Shown in pieces: positions 58,601 through 64,000 of a DNA stretch of 64,000 nucleotides; position 1 is the first letter of the stretch, and every line of letters starts with the position of its first letter. The stretch spans positions 1,178,001 through 1,242,000 of the forward strand of contig NIVC01000032.1 in assembly GCA_002269645.1 (NCBI GenBank). The letters run 5' to 3'. The notes below the pieces were generated by a model. It worked only from the letters and a program-made list of their open reading frames with translations. It ran no database searches and had not been told where the DNA came from. Made by a program: the position numbers and the translations under genes. Source of the stretch: Macrostomum lignano (Eukaryota).

Positions 58601-61600
58601 TTAGGGTGTGATTAGTCAATAGAAATAAGTTTAATGGGTAGCAAAGGACGAAATCAGGGAAACTAAACTAGCACTTAAACAACAAATATGGATATCTGCG
58701 AAGTATGTTGCCAAAAAAGGACTGTCTAAGAGGAATAACAAGACGCACGGATAATTTCAATCTCTCAAACGTCATCAGTCATCAGTTCTGCCAATTCACT
58801 TAATTCCTTTGCTGTGTATCCATAGTTAGCCACTTTTAGAATCGGCCTTAATTGTTCCATTGCTGAACGATTTCAAACAGTGTCTAAACGCGGCACTTCG
58901 TTTGTACAAGACAAAGAAGTTGACGCACTGATTCACCAAAGCCAGGGTGAGGCTGGTGTAAGCTAGGTTCGTTATCAAAACCAAATAGTCCAAGTTTTCG
59001 GCTATGTCCAGCAAGTAAATTGAAATCTCCATCACTGGTCTCATTATCATGAGCGGCAACGTCAGTAGAAAGTAGATGATGGACAAAATTAGAACGAGCA
59101 TAGTTCCGCTCAACTTCTGGGCACTGCCGTTCCCTGTGCTATTGTTGCTAGTAGTCGAATAGAGAAGCTTCCGCTTCTTCACAGCAGAGGTCACCTCGTA
59201 GAGCAGGAAAACGTTCAGCCCCAGCATCAGCACGATAAAGATCAATGGCGGATTGGACATTACCGTTGTGTAAGCAAGCATCAACAGTTGAGTCTCCTTC
59301 GAGTGATAGCAGTAGATTAAAACGATTCCGCCTGGCATGTGAACTGTCTCGTGACCAACTAGAATGCCGTTCGGCAGGGCGATCATCGCCGCCAATACGA
59401 ACGATGCAATGAGAGCCCTGACCGCCCACTTTATGCCAACTTTCCTCATCATCAGCGGCCGTCGAACAACCAACACCCGGTCAGTCACCAGCACTAGCAG
59501 CCACATGCAGGATAGAGCGTGGCAGAAGTTCATAGCGTAGCGAGATATTTTGCACGCGACGTCGTTCAGATTGTAACTGAAGAAGCCAAATTTGCCTCTG
59601 GTGATCCAAGACAGGCCTTTAGTTAGGAATCCGTTGAAAATTCCGATCACTACTAGGCTAATAGTGTCCGCAATGGCGATGCAACCCAAGTAGAGATTCT
59701 GCCGACTAAGCGGTCTCAGGCGGCGTAGCATGGCGTGGGCAACGAGGCTGTTGCCAATGGCTCCAATAACAATGATGATTGGCAGCAAGATGGCTGACAT
59801 TGACCCGATCACGTGGGACAGAATGCAGTACAGATGCCTCGACGGGTCTCCACTTTCACAATCTCGCACAATCTGCATCGCGCTCTCTACGAAACCGAAT
59901 CTTATCAGTTTTTTCGATTCATTTTTCGTATGGAGATTATCGGCTTGCATATTGCTGCTTTAATGAAGTATTTCTAAACGGAGTCATCGATAGCAGCAGC
60001 TTGTGAACTCTCTTCTTGGAGATGTTTAAATCAATCCAGCGATCCGGCAATATTCAGGCATGATCCAATCAAATCTTGCCAAATTTTTAAAGGCATATCC
60101 TATTGGCCAAATTCATCGAATTGGAGTACTTCTTGTAAGCCAGACAGATTTCTTGTCAACAAAAAAACTGACAAAATATTTGCACAGATTTTTTTCTTGA
60201 AGTCTTGTTTTGGTACCCATGGTCACTTGTATTTGTGCTTTGGTCAAAATTTTAAGGAGCATAAATTCTTTGATCAAGAGCTGAATCAACTAGCCTGGCT
60301 GATTTTAGGTGGACGTAACTAAAATACAGTGTCTTCAATTGGAAGTTGTTAGAGCCTCAGGTTGACATGTAGGAGAAGCCATGCACTTTTTAAGTCTTTT
60401 TAGTCAAGAATCGACTGCTCTCAAAGGTCAACGATTAAAAAAATTGTTTTTTTAGCTACGAATCCTAATTTAAAACAGCGCGTGGAGACTGCGAGTTCAA
60501 TATGGCTTTTTGAAGATTAAACATATAATGTTTCGTGGTTTTTAATCTAAATGATGAATAAACAACACGGGACTGCCTGGTGAAAGATTATATTTGTTTT
60601 ACTGAGTGACCTCAGATCTAATTAAAACTATATGTTAAAATATTCGGCATGTAAAGAGCAATGCATTGTTTTTACTATGATTTTAAACTTTTTCCCTCAA
60701 TATCTCAATATTAGTAACTTACTTCTTGTCTATATATTACAAAGGATGAATTATCATTGTTCGTAAAATTATAACCCTATTTATACCAATAAAAACCGAC
60801 TTAATTAGAAATTCACTACGATTAATAATAAATAATCTATAGATACAACTTTACGAAATACCGAACTCGAGAAGTAGTTTTGGAATTGTAGAATGCATAA
60901 GCCAGTACTATAAAATAACTCTTGACTCCTATATAATGATTAATCTACTAGATGACTTGTGCCACTAACGCTAGTACAAGTAGTGTAGTGCCTACAAGCA
61001 TATAACAACGCTATAAAACACTTGTACGTACAAGTACAGTCAAACCGTACATCTACGTCAAATCAAATTGAGGTCTAAAGTCAGCCAAGCAAAAACGGAC
61101 TTAAAGCACAGAACCCGATCAGGCGGGAATTAAGGTTAAAAGCCACGAAAGTTAATCAAGAAAGTTTCTATGGCACAGCGTTCAGGTGAACTGAACTGAA
61201 CCTAAGCGTTACGGAAGCTGATGGATTTTGATGGCATTAGCGTTGCTTGATGTCTTTTCAAGCCCAGAGCAAATTTTGCTTTGGGTAAAGCTCAAAGCAA
61301 AAATTTTTTATACGTAAAATTCCAACAAAACTGAAGGCCTCAAAGGGGGTCGCTTCAACATTGTCGAAACTTCACATTGACGTTAAGTTTACATTGTCAA
61401 AACTTCACATTTTCGAAATTTCACATCGACTAAACTTACTTCAAATTTCGAGCACAGAATTTCAAAACGTCAAAACTTCGATGTAAAATTTCGACAATGT
61501 AAAGCGAAGTGTAATGTCAATAAAACTACTTTGCAATAAAACTTTAGCTTGAAATTCTCGCCTGGCTGTTCAACTGCCCTGATGGCGACGGCGCGTCTCA

Positions 61601-64000
61601 ACCGGATTTAGCCGCTCTGTGGCGCCGTTGCCGCCGACTGTCAATGGCCGACATTGTTGCCAATGTTGACATCGACTCGGAGCTGACGCATCGTCGATCA
61701 GTAGCCCAATCGGCTCTTGTCAGAGCTTTGTCAGCCACGCTGCGACACTCTAGCGGCACTCGCAGCAGTGGTGGGGTGTCAGGCCTCAGGTCTTTGTTCG
61801 GCTTGGCTGTCGCCCATGGTTTCGACAGCCCACTGCTGCCCGCTCTCGACTCGCTGGCTCTGCGGCTGGCAGCCGAGGGAGGCGGCGACGGCATCGCCAG
61901 GGCGAGGTCGGCTCGAGTGCTGGCCGCCATCGGGCTGCTGCTGGGTGAGTCTGTGATTTGATGCCTGTCACTCTGCCGTAATCTCAGCCCTACATGTAGC
62001 TATCTGTGCCTGTCACTCCTCCATCTCACTCCCAGTACCCGCCTGTCACTCCTCCGTCTCACTCCCAGTACCCGCCTGTCACTCCTCCATCTCACTCCCA
62101 GTACCTGCCTGTCACTCCTCCATCTCACTCCCAGTACCCGCCTGTCACTCCTCCATCGCACTCCCAGTACCCGCCTGTCACTCCTCCATCTCACTCCCAG
62201 TACCCGCCTGTCACACCACCCTCAGGCACCCAAGCCGGCAGTCGCGGCGGCCTCCGCAGCGGCCCGGCCGATAACCGACGCTGGTCGGGCGCCCTGTCGG
62301 ACATCTCGGCCGGACAGCTCTCGGCCGGTCTGTCTGGCATGGCCAACCTTCGAGCCGAGTGGGCCGGCCGGCCGGATCTGCTAATGCGAGCGGCGCGGCA
62401 CTACGAGAGAGCCGCACAGCTGCTGGTGTCCGGCGCCGTGCGAGCGTCCTGCCTTGACGACCAGCTTGGTGAGTGAGTGGGCTTTGTTTGTTTGCTCCTG
62501 ACAAGGTTCTCGCTAGCTCAAGTGAACGAATCATTAATAATAACCCATATCCTAATCCTCATTAATAATCAGTATCTTAATCCTCATTGATAATCCATAT
62601 CTTTATCCTCATTGATAATCCATATCTTAATCCTCATTGATAATTCATGTCTTAATCCTTGTTGATAATCCATATCTTTATCCTCATTAATAACCCATAT
62701 CATAATCCTCATTAATAATCAGTATCTTAATCCTCATTGATAATCCAAATCTTAATCCTCATTGATAATCCATATCCTAATCCTCATTGATAATCCATAT
62801 CTTTATCCTCAGTTATAATCCATATCTTAATCCTCAATTATAGTCCATATCTTAATCCTCATCGATAATCCAAATCTTAATCCTCATTCATGATTCATAT
62901 CCTAATCCTCATTGATAATCCGTATCTTAATCCTCATTGATAATCCATATCCTAATCCTCATTGATAATCCATATCTTTATCCTCATTAATAATCCATAT
63001 CTTTATCCTCATTGATAATCCATATCTTAGTCCTCATAGATAATCCAAATCTTAATCCTCATTGATAATCCATATCCTAATCCTCATTGATAATCCATAT
63101 CTTAATCCTCATTGATAATCCATATCTTAATCCTCATTGATAATCCATATCTTAATCCTCATTGATAATCCATATCTTAATCCTCATTGATAATCCATAT
63201 CTTAGTCCTCATAGATAATCCAAATGTTAATCCTCATTGATAATCCTTATCTTAATCCTCTTTGATAATCTGGTTGACACCTGAATCTCCGGCATGGCAC
63301 TGCCTCGCAGATGCAGCCAGAAGCGTGTCGCGGCCAATCCGCCCAGCGGTGCCCATCGGCCACGGCGTCACAGCGCTCTGTCCGGCTCGCATTGATCTGT
63401 CCGGCGGTTGGTCGGACACGCCGCCAATCTGCTGGGAATTCGGCGGCTGCGTCGCCAATATTGCCGTCCTAGTTGACGGCCGGAAGCCCATCGGCTGCCG
63501 GGTTGAAGCCTTTGACCATCGGCCTGGGCCTGGTCGATCACTGATTGAACTGGTGAACGCTGACGCCAACTCCAGTGGTGCTGTCGTTGGACTAAACAGT
63601 CTGGAATACTTAGCTGACTGTTCCAGGCCGCTGGTGCCTGGAGCTTTAGCTAAATGCTGCCTAATCGTGTCCGGTTTGTTTAGCGTTGACAGCTCTGCCG
63701 CCTGTGGCAGTTTAGCCGAACAGGTGTCGCGCGTGTGCGGCTCGGAACAGCGGGGCATTCGGGTGACAGCTTGGTCTGTTCTGCCGGCTGGCTCCGGTCT
63801 GGGCACCAGCAGCATCTTAGCTGCGGCTGTACTGGCGGCTCTTCATAGATGGGCCGGGCTAGGCACCGATTTGGACAGGCTAGTGCGGGGAGTGCTGGCT
63901 GTTGAGCAGCTGTTGAGCACCGGAGGCGGATGGCAGGATCAAGTTGGCGGCCTGTATCCAGGAATTAAGGTGGCAAGGTCGCCTAAAGGACTGCCGTTGA
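52685..64000 (+). CDS. FCSK: L-fucose kinase (GHMP kinase with N-terminal pyrophosphorylase-like domain); at least 7 exons, runs off the window
   Basis: Exons 52685-53060 (WNFIVVTSQ...DP...[16 protein letters not shown]), 53319-53575, 54333-55170, 55500-55747, 61548-61944, 62226-62468 ([10 protein letters not shown]) and 63311->64000 ([45 protein letters not shown]). All junctions are GT-AG with consistent phases. Confidence 0.92.
53616..53787 (+). repeat. 19-bp tandem repeat (GTAGCCTAGTGAGGGGGTT, about 9 copies) derived from a SINE head
   Basis: The array runs directly into the SINE at 53788, which begins with the same GTAGCCTAGTG. Confidence 0.9.
53788..54058 (+). mobile_element. tRNA-derived CORE-like SINE, family B
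   Basis: A box TAGCCTAGTGG, B-box-like GGTTCGCTTCC, central GTGTCCTTGAGCAAAGCACTTAAC...GTAAAATGGG resembling the CORE domain, (TTA)n tail. Confidence 0.75.
55225..55365 (-). mobile_element. Diverged fragment of SINE family A
   Basis: GTGTACAGCGG...CATGTACACT...TTGGGGG resembles the centre of 24942-25313. Confidence 0.5.
56095..56430. repeat. 31-bp minisatellite in FCSK intron 4
   Basis: CAGAGCTGACAACCATTGCGTCATAGTGTCA units. Confidence 0.92.
56640..57647 (-). mobile_element. 5'-truncated non-LTR retrotransposon 3' end (RNase H remnant and C-terminal zinc knuckle; R1/Loa/I-like)
   Basis: ALSGHGCF..D....G......CLFC....[20 protein letters not shown] with an interrupted upstream frame; A/T-rich 3' flank. 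Confidence 0.78.
58826..59950 (-). CDS. Class A (rhodopsin-like) peptide-receptor-like GPCR, intronless, nested antisense in FCSK intron 4
   Basis: Seven hydrophobic segments; TM1 GAIGN, TM2 YL..IAIAD, TM3 CK...DRV, TM4 ALP, ECL2 Cys, TM6 YFLLTLP, TM7 [10 protein letters not shown]...FR. Confidence 0.88.
   Translation of the reverse strand: MQADNLHTKNESKKLIRFGFVESAMQIVRDCESGDPSRHLYCILSHVIGSMSAILLPIIIVIGAIGNSLVAHAMLRRLRPLSRQNLYLGCIAIADTISLVVIGIFNGFLTKGLSWITRGKFGFFSYNLNDVACKISRYAMNFCHALSCMWLLVLVTDRVLVVRRPLMMRKVGIKWAVRALIASFVLAAMIALPNGILVGHETVHMPGGIVLIYCYHSKETQLLMLAYTTVMSNPPLIFIVLMLGLNVFLLYEVTSAVKKRKLLYSTTSNNSTGNGSAQKLSGTMLVLILSIIYFLLTLPLMIMRPVMEISIYLLDIAENLDYLVLITNLAYTSLTLALVNQCVNFFVLYKRSAAFRHCLKSFSNGTIKADSKSG
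61350..61507. mobile_element. Small inverted-repeat element (MITE-like) just upstream of FCSK exon 5
   Basis: CGCTTCAACATTGTCGAAACTTCACAT versus the reverse complement of ATGTAAAATTTCGACAATGTAAAGCG. Confidence 0.5.
62005..62220. repeat. 33-bp minisatellite in FCSK intron 5
   Basis: CCTGTCACTCCTCCATCTCACTCCCAGTACCCG, about 6.5 copies, abutting the exon 6 acceptor. Confidence 0.92.
62535..63270. repeat. 25-bp minisatellite in FCSK intron 6
   Basis: TAATCCATATCTTAATCCTCATTGA, about 29 copies. Confidence 0.95.

Noticed and set aside
63252-63815. 187-aa minus-strand ORF
   Set aside because: It is the antisense shadow of the FCSK kinase exon.

Overview
Eukaryotic (animal) genomic DNA with GT-AG introns, GC-richer exons and introns packed with minisatellites. 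The overall style suggests a free-living flatworm such as Macrostomum lignano; this is an inference and was not verified. From about 43.5 kb down to 2.2 kb lies an uninterrupted run of ten minus-strand genes: NXT1, GLRX5, C5orf22-like (one frameshift), SCLY, RPF2, TIMM29, C9orf85, an SDR, an ankyrin-repeat cGAS-like receptor (Mab-21/cGLR) and a GT32 glycosyltransferase. A seven-exon plus-strand fucokinase (FCSK) runs from 52.7 kb off the right edge and carries an antisense intronless GPCR and a LINE fragment in intron 4. Mobile DNA includes an internally deleted Crypton-like tyrosine-recombinase element, a deleted Ty3/Gypsy element, nested hAT-type MITEs with exact 8-bp TSDs (one carrying a 3.9-kb 21-bp satellite), a mariner derivative with 198-bp TIRs, and two tRNA-derived SINE families. 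Leading hypotheses: (1) an intact ANK-cGLR innate immune sensor; (2) a candidate spliced-leader (SL) trans-spliced operon, with two genes lacking an in-frame ATG that could take their start codon from the AUG-ending flatworm SL; (3) RFX X-box sites at the SDR gene. All splice models were derived by eye from splice consensus plus reading-frame continuity.
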